From positions 1,765,289 through 1,797,322 of the forward strand of contig NC_068996.1 of NCBI RefSeq assembly GCF_001194135.2: 32,034 nucleotides of DNA, in the 5' to 3' direction. The position numbers were made by a program, and so were the translations under genes. This stretch comes from Octopus bimaculoides (Eukaryota). Positions 1 through 13,326 of the stretch are shown piece by piece. Each line of letters opens with the position of its first letter. Within the stretch, counting starts at the first letter, position 1. Below the pieces are notes generated by a model. It saw only the letters and a list, made by a program, of their open reading frames with translations, ran no database searches and was not told the origin of the DNA.

Positions 1-524
1 GCTCTTCTCTTTCTCTCCTTCCGTTGTCTGTGGTGAAAGGAACAAAAGAGGAGTGGAGTTGTTGTTGTTCTTTTTGTTATTGTTGTTCTTGGTGGTAGTG
101 GTGGCTGCGATGTCGGTGGCAGTAGTGGTTTTGGTTTTGTTGTCGTTAGTGGCGGTCGTAATGGTGGTAGTGGAGGTGGTGAAGGCAGTAGTAGTAAACG
201 CAGCATTCCTGGTCTCTATGTCTTGTGTTCGTTCATGCGGAACGACTTGTTGGTCGGTCTCCTTGTCTGCTATTAGAGGCAAATCGACCACGTATGAAGG
301 CCTAACCATATTTCTTATACGAAATATGGCAAATAAGCCGGAGAAAAATCAAAAACTTTTGGAAATAAACTCAAGAAGGAGCCACTTCCTATTACAAAAC
401 CCTAATAGGGTCAAAGTGTATAGACTTATACACCTCTTCCACAAAAATTATTTTAAAACTGCAAAATTTTTGACATATAAAAGGCCAACTTACTTGCGAG
501 CCGATGCGACTAGCATCCGTCCAG

Positions 525-525
525 A

Positions 526-559
<34 letters not shown>

Positions 560-573
560 CATACATACATACA

Positions 574-607
<34 letters not shown>

Positions 608-712
608 GACAGACAAATAGATAGCTAGATAGACAGACCGGCAGACAGGCAGACAGGCAAATAGATAGCTAGATAGACAGACAGACAGATAAATAGGTAG
701 ATAAGTAGATAA
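525..712. repeat. Compound (GATA)n/(GACA)n/(TACA)n microsatellite
   Basis: Direct reading of tandem tetranucleotide units. Confidence 0.95.
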
Positions 713-713
713 C

Positions 714-780
714 TTTCTTTTATTAGCCACACAGGGCTGCACACAAAGGGGACAAATACAACTATAGAGCTTTTCTTTAA
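714..780 (-). mobile_element. 3' end of a Tx1/L1-like LINE (short truncated copy)
   Basis: Minus strand has AATAAA (718-723) followed by a (TATC)n-like tract. It shares tatta..gccacacagg...acaaatacaa..tagagcttttctt with the 3' end at 1000-1076. Confidence 0.6.
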
Positions 781-944
781 AGATAAAAAAAGGTAAAATG
801 AAAATTAAAAAATCGGATTAAAAGGGATCGGTAGGGGCAAAAAAAAGGGGGGTATCACAGAAAATGTCAATTGTGCAAAATGAGAGCAAAGTGCTCTCTC
901 TCTCTCTCTTTAAAAAAATTTTTTTTTGTCGATTTATAGGATAA

Positions 945-945
945 G

Positions 946-999
<54 letters not shown>
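945..999. repeat. (GATA)n microsatellite
   Basis: Perfect tandem GATA run. Confidence 0.97.
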
Positions 1000-2270
1000 T
1001 CTTTTTATTATGGCCACACAGGACTAAATACAGAAAGTAGACAAAATACAATGTAGAGCTTTTCTTTTCTGAAAAANNNNNNNNNNNNNNNNNNNNNNNN
1101 NNNNNNNNNNNNNNNNNNNNNNNNNNNNNNNNNNNNNNNNNNNNNNNNNNNNNNNNNNNNNNNNNNNNNNNNNNNNNNNNNNNNNNNNNNNNNNNNNNNN
1201 NNNNNNNNNNNNNNNNNNNNNNNNNNNNNNNNNNNNNNNNNNNNNNNNNNNNNNNNNNNNNNNNNNNNNNNNNNNNNNNNNNNNNNNNNNNNNNNNNNNN
1301 NNNNNNNNNNNNNNNNNNNNNNNNNNNNNNNNNNNNNNNNNNNNNNNNNNNNNNNNNNNNNNNNNNNNNNNNNNNNNNNNNNNNNNNNNNNNNNNNNNNN
1401 NNNNNNNNNNNNNNNNNNNNNNNNNNNNNNNNNNNNNNNNNNNNNNNNNNNNNNNNNNNNNNNNNNNNNNNNNNNNNNNNNNNNNNNNNNNNNNNNNNNN
1501 NNNNNNNNNNNNNNNNNNNNNNNNNNNNNNNNNNNNNNNNNNNNNNNNNNNNNNNNNNNNNNNNNNNNNNNNNNNNNNNNNNNNNNNNNNNNNNNNNNNN
1601 NNNNNNNNNNNNNNNNNNNNNNNNNNNNNNNNNNNNNNNNNNNNNNNNNNNNNNNNNNNNNNNNNNNNNNNNNNNNNNNNNNNNNNNNNNNNNNNNNNNN
1701 NNNNNNNNNNNNNNNNNNNNNNNNNNNNNNNNNNNNNNNNNNNNNNNNNNNNNNNNNNNNNNNNNNNNNNNNNNNNNNNNNNNNNNNNNNNNNNNNNNNN
1801 NNNNNNNNNNNNNNNNNNNNNNNNNNNNNNNNNNNNNNNNNNNNNNNNNNNNNNNNNNNNNNNNNNNNNNNNNNNNNNNNNNNNTCTTGAAAAGGCGGGT
1901 TAGGAATTTCTCGTCGACAACCAGGTTTGCCCCGAGAGTGTCGTCAGACCTCCCCTCCACTAGTCCTCTATAGAACGCATTGGTCGTTTGGAAGTTGCAC
2001 AAGTTTGATCCCGGACGGCAGAGCTGTTGTAGAGCTTGGCGACACTCGCGGTGCCAATCGCCCAGTTTCGGTCTCTTTTTGATCCATGTTTGCAGTTCGG
2101 TGAGTGAGACGAGCTGCGGGAAGGCGCGCCTCACAAACGGCGCCCACACCTGTTCACTGTCGTTAATGAAGTTCCAGAGGTGCCGCAGTCTCAGCGCGTG
2201 TCTGCGCATCATTAACCACGGCATCCCCAGTCCTCCATCTTACGGACGTTGACAGCAAATGGATCGCCAG
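1000..2270 (-). mobile_element. 5'-truncated Tx1/L1-clade LINE spanning an assembly gap (post-RT ORF2 region plus 3' end)
   Basis: 1885-2270 translates on minus as WRSICCQRP*DGGLGMPWLMMRRHALRLRHLW..., with the GGLG-P motif that follows the RT domain in L1/Tx1 ORF2. The 3' end with AATAAA lies at 1004-1009. That both sides of the 808-N gap are one copy is inferred from orientation and spacing. Confidence 0.8.
1077..1884. other. Assembly gap (N run); other gaps at 6029-6133, 11442-11541, 21462-22274, 23557-23705, 26094-26705
   Basis: Runs of N, most of them abutting microsatellites. Confidence 1.
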
Positions 2271-3260
2271 ATAGATAGATAGATAGATAGACAGACAAAT
2301 AGATAAATGGATAGAGAGATTATAGGATGGTAGGCTGGTAGGACACAGACAAAAATGTGTCTCTTACAGACATAGGGTTTCTTTTCTTGCTAATTTTGAA
2401 GAAAATGTCACACACAAGCAAATAAAATGTACCCTGTATAAAACAAATTTTCATGAAAATTTTTGTATGCACCAGTATTATAAGGTTGAGTTACTGTTTA
2501 AATGAAGTAGGCTAATGTTTGTGCGCCTGTATGTGAGTGTGTTGGACGTATATTTATGTTAATATACTTATATTAATATATAAGTGGACGTATATGTAAA
2601 TATATAAACAGAGGTATCGTTAATACATTGTGTAAAACATTTTTTTTTTAAATGTCAATGAATATAACATTGATTCTAAAGGTGAGTGGAATGGAAGAAA
2701 CACCAAATTTAAGTGCTAGTTTAAATATCTATTAGTATTTATATACATTCTTACACGTTCAATACTTGCCCGGAGCGACTATACACCTCATCCCAACGAG
2801 GTGGATAAAATATAATGGCAGGCACATTACTGACTGCCGTTCAATTGATTTTTTTTTTCTCCTTTGAATTTGAAACCTTGTGCCAATCATTATAATCATG
2901 ACTGGCATTTATTTTATTCATTATTATTATAGTTGTTTGAGTGGCAATGGATGGTAGAATCGGTAGAGAGTCAGATTAAATGTCTAGCACATATTTCAGT
3001 TTCTTCTATTTCCATTCTGATTTCAAATCTGAATCATATAAGTATTAATAATACTTATACTAGAAATGATTCATTCACTTACGTTCGCTTGTATCAATGT
3101 AAGAAATCATCATTTCGTTATGAATGGTGGTGAGTACGGTTCATGCATTAGAATGTAAGACAAAACTTACTGAGTTATTGTTTTTAGCGCTTAACAAAGC
3201 GCTATCCTAGAGCTCCCATAACAACATTTCACCTTGTGCTCCGGTAAAAATAATTTTAGA

Positions 3261-3634
3261 GTAAAGATTATTTGCCAACAAAACATGTCAGTCCTGGTTT
3301 AAGACGAATGTTGCTGTAATTTAGTCCCTGGTGACATCGTCTCCAGCTGGCTATACGACACGATCTGTGCCCTTATATTTTCGAGCAAGGGAATCTAGCA
3401 CCCACACTCAGCTCAAAACAACATCTGTGTATCGAGATGATGGGAAATAACCCGGAAATCACGATACACAGATACTGTTTTGATTTGAGGTGGGTGCTAG
3501 ATTCCCTTGTTTGAAAATATAAGGACACCTATTGTGTCGTAAAGCCATCTGGTGACGATGTCTCCTGGGGCTAAATTACAGCAACAATCGTCCTAAACCA
3601 GGACGGCCATGTTATGTTGGCAAATAAACTTTAC
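3261..3634. mobile_element. Long palindromic (foldback/MITE-like) element: arms 3261-3434 and 3462-3634, 27-bp spacer
   Basis: Left arm gtaaagattatttgccaaca...acatctgtgtatcg is the reverse complement of the right arm cgatacacagat...tgttggcaaataaactttac. About 23 differences in 174 bp by manual alignment. Confidence 0.9.
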
Positions 3635-5199
3635 ACCAAAGTACTGTTTTTGTATATCACTCGTTGTAAGATTTAAAAATAGTAATTTTCTAATCATTAT
3701 TTTAGTTTGAAAAATTCAAAGTATGAAAGATCTTATAATTAATTCAAGCAACTTTACTCAAACACGCAATAAGTTAGTTGATACCATTTGTATACAGACA
3801 AGCTGTCACGCAAAGGGTAATGCCTCTCATTTGCGGTTATATCAGTCTCTTTATTAATCGTTCTCTTCTTTCTCCCTTGCTCTCACTCTCTTGCTCTCTC
3901 TCTCTCTCTCTCTCTCTCCCTCTATGAATATATATGTGTGTGTGAGTATGCGTGTGTATGTTTGCATGTGTGTACATATAAGTATATTACAGATATAGCA
4001 ATTATTTTATTCTAAAGATTTTAGACATACATGTAATACTTGTTGTTTGTGTAGTTGTCTCAGTCGTCACAAAAAGAGAATATATATTTTATTGGAATCC
4101 TCGGTTTTATTGTATTTATTCACAGCCAATGAATCAGTTTCTATGGCAATCCTTTCAGACTATGATGCAATCAACATAGATATTTTAGAAATCGTAAAAG
4201 TGTATCCGAAACACTGTTTTAAAAATATTTTCTGATCTTCAGTATACGAATATTGGAAACTTAGAATAAATAACAATACATAAAGGTTTATGTGCTGTTG
4301 AAAATGGTTGTCAACCTTGCATGAGAAGCTGAATAAACCGAGCCACATAATTTCATCATGAATCCTGAGTCTGATGTAACATTATTTATCACTAATGAAC
4401 AACGTTTGTTGAAATATTTTCAAATGGCTACCGGATGAACAATTAATTTCTGACAGGTACCTTAAAAACTTCCATAATTTAACCAAACATTTAGTTTTCT
4501 CTATTGCAGTTAAAAGTCGTCATCAAAAACTCACCTAAAATATCTAGATTCATCAAAATGTCAAGTTCTTTGAGGCTATATTAAACGTTGACAGCTTTCA
4601 AACTTCATTATTAAAAATGAACTGTCAGTATATTCGCAAATTATACAACCATGACAACGTCGTTACGGAGAAATTAGTTTGCAATGTATCATAAAACCTA
4701 TCAACTTTTTCTTAAAATAAACAAGCTTTTAGCAATATAACCAAATGCAAAATGGGAGAAATCGAGAGAAACGTTTAAATATTGAAATTAAAATACAACT
4801 GGAATATCGTTACAAACCACGCTTATAACCGGCATATTGAGAAGTTTAACAGTTACAAGTTTTAACACAACTAAAGCTTTTCAAATACTTACTAAACATT
4901 TCCTTTGAAATCAGAAATTCCACAAGCTTTTCAATTGAGAAATATTAAAATTTTATATTCATCCACTTAAAACTGTCCATGAATATTAACAAAATCGTAT
5001 CTATTGAAATTAAAATGCATTCTTTGAACTGAAATATCTCCAATTGTAACTGCATCAACATAACTTGAAAACTTCTGTTGACCAAGAAATCAAGCTAATT
5101 TTGTTTCAATTTCACGTGACTATTTGTTAAAGAGAAATATCTGAATACATTCATGTCCTTGAGCAATATTTGGAGATCTAAATAAGAAGGACGTTGTAT

Positions 5200-5750
5200 A
5201 CAGTTGATCATGGATGGGACTTCAACTGGCTGACGTAGGCAGCTTTGGAAAGAAGTACACGGCCATACGTTTCATCCCTACAGCACTTTATATTCTCACT
5301 GCGGTTCTAGTGACCCCACCTACGAAGCTAGTGTTGTACGCTTTCATTCTCAAGGAAACCCACATCATAAGCTTTAAAACTTCCCTTGTACGCTTCCTCC
5401 ACTCACTTCTTTCCAAAGCCAATTTTTTCTCGGGTCTTTAAATTGATTTGCTGTTCTTTCAATTTACCTTTTATGCAGTCTTTGTACCTTTTCTGTGGCT
5501 TGTGCTGAGGACACTTTCCATTGAACAGCTCTCCATAGAACAATTGCTTTGGAATCGTATTCTCTTCCTTACGTACAGCATGGCGCATCCAACGCATCTG
5601 AGTAGTTATAATGAGTGACTGGTTGCTTATACGTCCTGCGTTTGCAAGGACTTCTGTATCGCGAAATTGGTTTTGCTATTTGACGTTGAGTATGTGGCTG
5701 AAGCATTTTTTTATGGAAGGGCTCAAGCAGCTTTTGTGTTCGTGACGTGT
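5200..5750 (-). mobile_element. RTE-clade LINE, 3' portion (post-RT domain with degenerate C-terminal zinc finger)
   Basis: Minus translation with frameshifts: KLLEPFHKK..HILNVK*QN..DTEVLANAG....QMRWMRHAVRKEENTIPKQLFYGELFNGKCPQHKPQKRYKDCIK, then a finger remnant CRDETYGRVLLSKAAYVSQLKSH. Confidence 0.9.
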
Positions 5751-5756
5751 TTTGTT

Positions 5757-6028
5757 CTGCTGTCAAGAGTTGAATCCTTAGATACAGAAATATATCAACG
5801 CTTTCAGAAAGCATCTGTAACATTTGGTAAGCTTGAAAAATATATTCTAGACAAATCGCATCATCACGAACGAGATCAAGCTGAGTGTTTACAAGCTTTA
5901 TTGACTAAGAACTCGATTGTACTCTTCTGAAGTATGGACAATAGAATGCAGCGAACTTAAGCTGATCAAGCGCTTCATAAAAAAGTGTTTGACACATTCT
6001 GAACGTCAAATGGCAAAATAAAACATAA
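5757..6028 (+). mobile_element. RTE-clade LINE fragment in opposite orientation
   Basis: Plus translation LSRVESLDTEIYQRFQKASVTFGKLEK...SVYK...LYSSEVWTIECSELKLIKRFIKKCL, typical of RTE ORF2 just after the RT core. Confidence 0.85.
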
Positions 6029-6830
6029 NNNNNNNNNNNNNNNNNNNNNNNNNNNNNNNNNNNNNNNNNNNNNNNNNNNNNNNNNNNNNNNNNNNNNNNN
6101 NNNNNNNNNNNNNNNNNNNNNNNNNNNNNNNNNACACACACACACACACACACATACACACACACACACACACGCACGCACGCACACGCATACACACATA
6201 TATATATATATATGTATATACACGCATACAGGTCTTGCAATGCGACAGCATAATATTAGTAAACAAAAAGGTTTCGTTAGTGACCCTTGTTTAATATACA
6301 TATCGCAACTTTAATAAAATTTAGATTATAGTGTAAGACAGTCACCCGTATAGAATTTTACATATTATACAGTTAAGTATTTCACTTTGCCTCACGTATT
6401 GTAGTAGGAGGTGTGTATGCTATGTTTGTGCGTGTGCGCACACGTGCTTGTGTAGTAAAAAGATATATTTATATTCAACCATATCTATATGGGTACATAC
6501 GCCCTTTTATAAAGATTCGAAAGCTGGAAGAAAAGGAGCCAGATATTTATGTCTTATTAACAATTCTTCTATACTCATTACGACGTCTCCCGCCAGTAAT
6601 ATCCCTAACATAGAAGAAATAGCTATTTGTCATTCTTTCAAGTGCAGTGTGAGAAATCTAACTAAACTAAACTTTGAAGTCACCTTTAAAGTAATTACAT
6701 ATGTGTTCATGTCTATGCATATCTGTGTATATTTGCGTTTGCGCGCGCGCGCGTCTAAACCGGTTTATGTATTAGTATTTATTTAGTGCATGTCATCAGG
6801 TGGATTATAATTCTGTTGCAATACAAAATC

Positions 6831-6945
6831 GGTGAGCTGGCAGAATCGTTAGCACGCCGAATAAAGTACATTTCATTTGGTATTACGTTCTGAGTTCAAA
6901 TTCCGTCGAGTTTGATTTGAACTTTCAGGATAATTGAAATAAGTT
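6831..6945 (+). mobile_element. tRNA-derived SINE head (second SINE family, 3'-truncated)
   Basis: A-box-like TGGCAGAATCG and B-box-like GAGTTCAAATTCC at tRNA-like spacing. Resembles an abundant octopus SINE as recalled, not searched. Confidence 0.65.
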
Positions 6946-7001
6946 TCAGACCTTCTGCCTACATTAGAAAAAAGATTCTTTCATTATGCTGTTTTGACTT
7001 T

Positions 7002-7376
7002 ATAGGTTCAGGCATGGCTATGTCGTTCAGGAATTCACTTGCGACCATGTTCTTTCATGTACAGTGCCACTGCGCGGTATCATGGGCAAATGTTTTCCAC
7101 CAATGCCTCGTGGTTGAATTTGATAGATGGAAGACCGTCATATATATGTGTGTGCTTGTTTTATTTTTGAGTATTTGACACCACCGCTACTTGACAAGCG
7201 GTGCCGGTCGGTTTACGTCCACAAGCAGATCGGCATACAAAAAAAAAAAAAAACTCGGGTGTTATAAGTGCTGGATATTTCAAAATTATGTAATGACGTT
7301 GATTTGTTTTAACTAAAGTCTTCCAGCCGGTAACCCAGCATGGCCGAAGTCCAATGGCTAAGAAATAAATAAAAGG
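7002..7376 (+). mobile_element. Degenerate tRNA-derived CORE-type SINE copy
   Basis: Aligns with the minus-strand copies at 13050, 16370 and 26896: ataggttcaggcatggctatg head, catgggcaaatgtttt CORE-like segment, acttgacaagcggtg, and cccagcatggccgaagtc tail. Confidence 0.75.
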
Positions 7377-8007
7377 TATGTGGCTATATGAATAAATAAC
7401 TGTATCTGTGCATAACTGAATGTTAGCAGATGGTTGTGTCCGTTGTGTCTGTGTGAAAGGAATTAAGAAGTCATTGTTGAGTACTGTTCATCCGATGTGT
7501 TTTTACCCAAAACAAAGGAAAATTTAATGTTGCTTTTGTTATGGTTGTTGCAACAGATATTGTTCTTGGAAAACAATTGCCAATTTGATTCCAACCGTGG
7601 TCAACCAGCCTTTATATTAGGGTTGTTTTTTTTATCTAGAACTATATTATCCAATATGTCGTTCTATTTCTAACACGGTTAGGTAAGATTTGATGAAGAC
7701 TTTGGTGTTATTTCTAACATACTGACCTACAACGAACAGACTCTCTCACTAGCTGGCTCTGAAAGTTTTCTGTCTTTTAGGCAGGTCATAGTCACTATTT
7801 CCAAGGAGATTAATACGTAATGAGCACATGTATGTACACTCCTCTATAATCTAATACCAAACGAAGCACCGCATACAACGGCTGTTGCTCAGTAGTTTCT
7901 TACTTCGCACACGTTGAAAAACTCCGTATCATACATTTACATATTAGTCTCATATACTAGTATATGTATGTGCTTATGTACGCATACATGAGTGTATCGT
8001 GAATGGA

Positions 8008-8017
8008 TGCATATATG

Positions 8018-8084
<67 letters not shown>

Positions 8085-8106
8085 TTGTGTGTATGTGTAT
8101 TGCAAG

Positions 8107-8145
<39 letters not shown>
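8008..8145. repeat. Compound (TA)n/(GT)n microsatellite
   Basis: Direct reading. Confidence 0.95.
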
Positions 8146-8147
<2 letters not shown>

Positions 8148-11100
8148 GTATGCAACATGTACACATAAATGCTTACTGCACAAATATTTATTCATATTTC
8201 TCGAATATCGATACATATTTTCACTAGTTTCCTCGATTTCTAGAGGTTATTTGCTAATATTGATTATTTTATATGCATTCGCGAATTTATATTTTATTGA
8301 ATCATTGCCAGTATATTAAAAGTTGACGTTTAATCAGAGAGATGAAAACCAAAGTCGACCTTACTGGTTCACTTTTGATTTTAGACCTTTTTAAAAATCT
8401 TCTCTACGAAGCTTTACCAGTCTGTCAAAAAGTCATCAGCGATGTCGGGAATGGTTGATATTAAATCAATAGAGATCATATAAATATACACCCTAGCCAG
8501 ATAATATATGCGATCCACGGAAATTCTAGTTACTGAACAACTTCCTCAGACAAATAATCTGAACAGAATCAACGATGTATTATCTGTGTTAGTATTGCTT
8601 GATCTGTTGCAAATAGTAGTAATGTTTTCATAATATTGCTCTCTGACATTTGACACACAGACAAGGTAGTTGTTCATGTTTTAAAATTTCGCTATAATGT
8701 CTTTCTAAACGCCGATTTAAAGCCACACAACAATCTAAATAAATAAAAATACGGATTCGTTGAAGCACATGTCGCAATGCTGAGCCTGTATTAACATCAG
8801 TGCGTTTTTGGTCCAAATCCTCGCCAGTGCCAGCTCCATCTTTTATCAGTCAGTTTTCATATAAAATATATACTGCTCAAATCGTAAACCTTGTTTACAA
8901 TATTTTGTGGATTAGTGCCTCAATTAGATTTCTTTAAACACTGATTTATAAGTCTTTGCCGAAAGTTTACAAGAACAGCTCCTTGGAATTTGATTATTGA
9001 CAAGAGCAAGAAGTAATTTTTAAGTAAACCGGGATCCCAATACAATTTCAGCGTGTCATCGAAACAATTATAAATGCTGGAACCTAGGTAAAAGAACCGT
9101 GCACTTAGCATTCATTTAAAGATCGGAATCAAATCTTTATAGTGGCGTTACTAGCAATGTTAACAGAAAACCCATCATTCCCAAACCCGCATTCCTCTTT
9201 TAAACTGTTTCAATTATTCGTTGTTTCCCTTGTTCCATTGCAAAATCTGTCATGACAAATCTGTAAAGAAATATTGGGAATTACTTTCGCATATTGCCTA
9301 TTTCGTTTTACATTTTGATTGGTGTTATTTTGTTTCTCTTCTGAGAATGTGTACGCATTCTAATTTTTGTTTTTATATTCTTATTCTATAATCACGGATT
9401 ACCGTTTCTTACACGCCTGCAGCATTTCCTGAAAGACCTGCTTCAGGAAAGTGTATTTGGGAAGTTCAAAGAAACTGATATACCATTGAATTACTTACAA
9501 GAGTGCAACTATAAGCAGATGAATTATCATTTTGCTTAGTCACAAAAGATTTTGTTCAGGAGATGAGTAAATTACAGACTGTTATGGTTATGTATTTATC
9601 AGACAAAGAATTGTCTACCTCAGTTTGGAGTATAGCAGAATTTTGTGAGTGAATGTTTTTATCCAAAACCTGTGCAAGATAGTTACAGTGGCTGCATGGA
9701 ATTTTGAGTGGGAAGCTTAAATCTTCAGTCGGTTTAATATCGCCAATAGGTACTTGGATGCATTTAGCCTATATCATCTTGTAGCAAGCATTCAGATCAG
9801 GTTTCAGATCTTCTGCATCACAATCTATCAGCCACAGGTGTCCTGAAAAATGTCATAGGTGGTGACATTTCTTCATAGCACATTCCAAGAAACAACTGTA
9901 GCGAAGTATTAACTAATTTGGAATAGAAAACGCAATGCGCGCTAAATTTAACGGGTATTTCATCGTTGCTCCGTGATGTCCGTCATTGCGTTACCTTCGT
10001 GTCATAGTCGAAACTATGGCATAGGTTAATACCATTTATTTTGAATGCATAATCAATAACTTGGAATATTATTTTCTTCTTGACAATGAAAATAAATATT
10101 AGCTGATACTCCTATGAAACATAAAGCTTAACACTATTGTTCAGTTGAAGCTGCTAAGATGCCAATGGTTCATCATAAGTGATGGTCAGAAACTAAATCA
10201 ACATATAGCTTCAAGAATAACTAAATCAAGCTGTGTAAATAGCTATGGAAGTAGGTGGATGAAACGAATGAGTTTTTGTCGCCGTTTCTAATCATAAGAG
10301 CAAGAGATGTCAAGATTTGCACAGCAAAATACTGAAGCATACATTTTACAGGGATTCATCTGTGGGTGGCGATGTAGCCTTTATGGTTTATTTCTACCTC
10401 ATTGCTTACCAAATAATGATACTGTTGTCAGCTAAGTTATTGGCCATGGAGATAGAAAACATGTTTTCTGATAATATAGGGGGAAATATCCATTGTCTGG
10501 TCACTCGATTCAATGCTCCTAGTCGTTATATGATAGTTTCTCCAAATATACTAAATCTTTATGTTACTTCATTTTATAAACAAAATAATCATTAAAAAAT
10601 TACCAACTAAAAACAACATACAGCTAACCTTGAAATTAAACATTCATGCTTTTGCTTTAAAATCGGCATTTAATAACAACAGTTGTATTTAAAAAGTCTA
10701 CAACAAATAAAATCTAGTAGTTTTATGAATTACATAGCTTTCTTCCCTCCTCCACCCAGTTGAATCCATAGATGTACAAACTGAAGCAAACAGATTTGAT
10801 TCGCGTACAAAGATTCTTCTGTCATAAAACAATTTCCATGTAAATTCATTAGCTATTTCATCACAGATACCAAGAGACAAGCATTTCTTTTAGATTATTT
10901 GTGAGAACCAAAAGAGTTTTATAGATTATTGTCGAAATATGATGGAGCTTTAGCAATTCTTCTTGTTTTGTTTTGTGTATTTAATAATCGTTTCATGGCA
11001 CTATAAAGCCGAACGAAGAATTATTTCAACAGCAAAATTAAAGGAAGCAAATTCACAAACAATAACGGTTACAGCAATAAAAATTACGAGAACAACATAA

Positions 11101-12032
11101 TCATCATCAACAACAACAGCGTCCGCTACAGTTACTACTACAAGTAATAGCACTACTATTACAACCACCACCACCACCACCATGATAACACAATAATAAC
11201 TAATAGAGTTATCGCTGCTAAGAAGAATTCTATCCAAGTTTGTCTGATTCCTTTGATTGTTGAAAATGCTGGTAAGCAAACGTATGAAATACTTTATGTG
11301 CGGACGCACGCGGACACAAACAGGCACACGCACGCACACACTCACACACACACACACGTGCGCGCGCGTGTGTCAATCCAAATAAATAGCGCATACTCCC
11401 AAATAATAAACTTGTATCTCTATGCACAAATATAAATATATNNNNNNNNNNNNNNNNNNNNNNNNNNNNNNNNNNNNNNNNNNNNNNNNNNNNNNNNNNN
11501 NNNNNNNNNNNNNNNNNNNNNNNNNNNNNNNNNNNNNNNNNTATACACATATATATATATTGTGTCTAGGGTCGATCCTTACGTCAATAAGAATAACAGT
11601 AACACATTTACAAGTTCAAATCTACTTCTTTCTCTTAATCAATTGGCCAAGTACCTAATTACCTAACTAACAGATAGTTTCTTTAATGTTTAAATGAAAC
11701 GATCGGCTGTTGTTACTCAAACTCTTCCGTCAAAACTCTTCTGTCGCGACCTTTTTAGTTACTTAGTGATTTATGTCGCTTGAAAATTTGCTCTGTGTCT
11801 GTCTGTGAAGTGGTCATATCTCCGCGTGTATGTATGTTTCTATGCGTGCGTGTAGATGTGTGTTTGCTTACAAGAAGAGGGGTGATGTTCAGTGACAAAA
11901 ACAATTTTACATTAATCTCATGGGTTACTCTATAATTCTGGAGAGTATAAATTTATCATACTTCAAGTGAAATATTAGTGACAGTGACTTCCATGACACT
12001 GACAGGGACTATCAGAAATGTTCAGTTTTAAG

Positions 12033-12161
<129 letters not shown>

Positions 12162-13049
12162 GATCATTTGTGCATAATAAATGCTCTACAGAAATATGTT
12201 ACTAATGTGTACGTTTGAAATGTCGAGTGAGATTGTAATATATTAAATAGATAATTTCATATAGAGATACGAATAGGAACTGAGACATAAAGAAAATCAG
12301 CGCAAATCCATTCTGTGCTATAACAACAACGACAACGATGATGATAACGATAACAACAACAGCAACAACAATAATATTAATCGGTAGAAGGTGGAGAAGG
12401 AGGAGAAGAAAATTTCAAGGCACAAAAAAAAGTAAAACACTAAGCTAGCTATCCAGATGAGCCTGTCCGCTTACCACAGCAGACCATGTGGCCAATTTAC
12501 TATACGACACGTGGTGCACCGGTGACTGACCTCCTGATTACATATTTCTAAGTGTGAGTTAGCTTCAATGCAACACCAGCTTAGCACACTTTAAGCAACA
12601 AAACTGCATCTGTCCCCTTGCTACTGTTTCATTAAACCTTCTGTATTTTTGACGCACCTAAGGGTTGCTTTAATAGAAGTGGATGTTACGACAAGCCTAT
12701 TGTCATTTGCTTTTGCTGTTAGTTCGATGAGGCTTTTTTTCTCCTTGTAGTAAAAGTAGTAATAACAGCAGCAGCATTTATTAACAGTAAGGTACTAAGA
12801 GTTGTAGCTGTACTAGTAGAATATGTGTGCTATCGGTTTGGTTTTGTTAATAACTCTTTACTTATTTATGTGTAATGATTGCATTTATGTTTGTGTGTGT
12901 GTATGTATATATAATTAGCTGGTTACGATTTTTCTTCTTTTGTTTTTTTCGCCACTGACGCTGTCTTTTCACCCTTCAATCCTTCTCTTTCCCACTCTTT
13001 CTTCATCGCTGTCTTTTACATTTATCACCTTTATATTATTTATTCCTTT

Positions 13050-13263
13050 TTACTTTTTCAGTAATTTGACTGCGGCCATGCTGGGGCAGCGCGAGGAAGT
13101 GTTTTAGTCAAACAAAACGTACCTAACACTTAATTCTTTTAAAGCGTACTACTTATTCTATCAGTCTCTATTGCCGAACCGCGAGTTACAGGGATATAAA
13201 CACACTAACACCGGTTGTTAAGCAGTGGTAGGAGAGCAAACAGACATAAAGACATACGCACAT

Positions 13264-13326
<63 letters not shown>

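Noticed and set aside
53-532. 159-aa hydrophobic ORF resembling a membrane protein
   Set aside because: The V/L-rich part is a degenerate GTT/GTG/GTA trinucleotide tract, and the rest has no recognisable motif or splice support.
6831-6945. tRNA gene, or a SINE sharing its 3' end with the Tx1 LINE
   Set aside because: No cloverleaf can be built, so it is a SINE head. The copy is truncated before its tail, so the shared-tail idea cannot be tested in this window.
10698-10970. Stop-free minus frame of about 90 codons (..LTNNLKKCLSLGICDEIANEFTWKLFYDRR..)
   Set aside because: No recognisable domain and no convincing splice acceptor. It cannot be called an exon without RNA-seq or a homology search.
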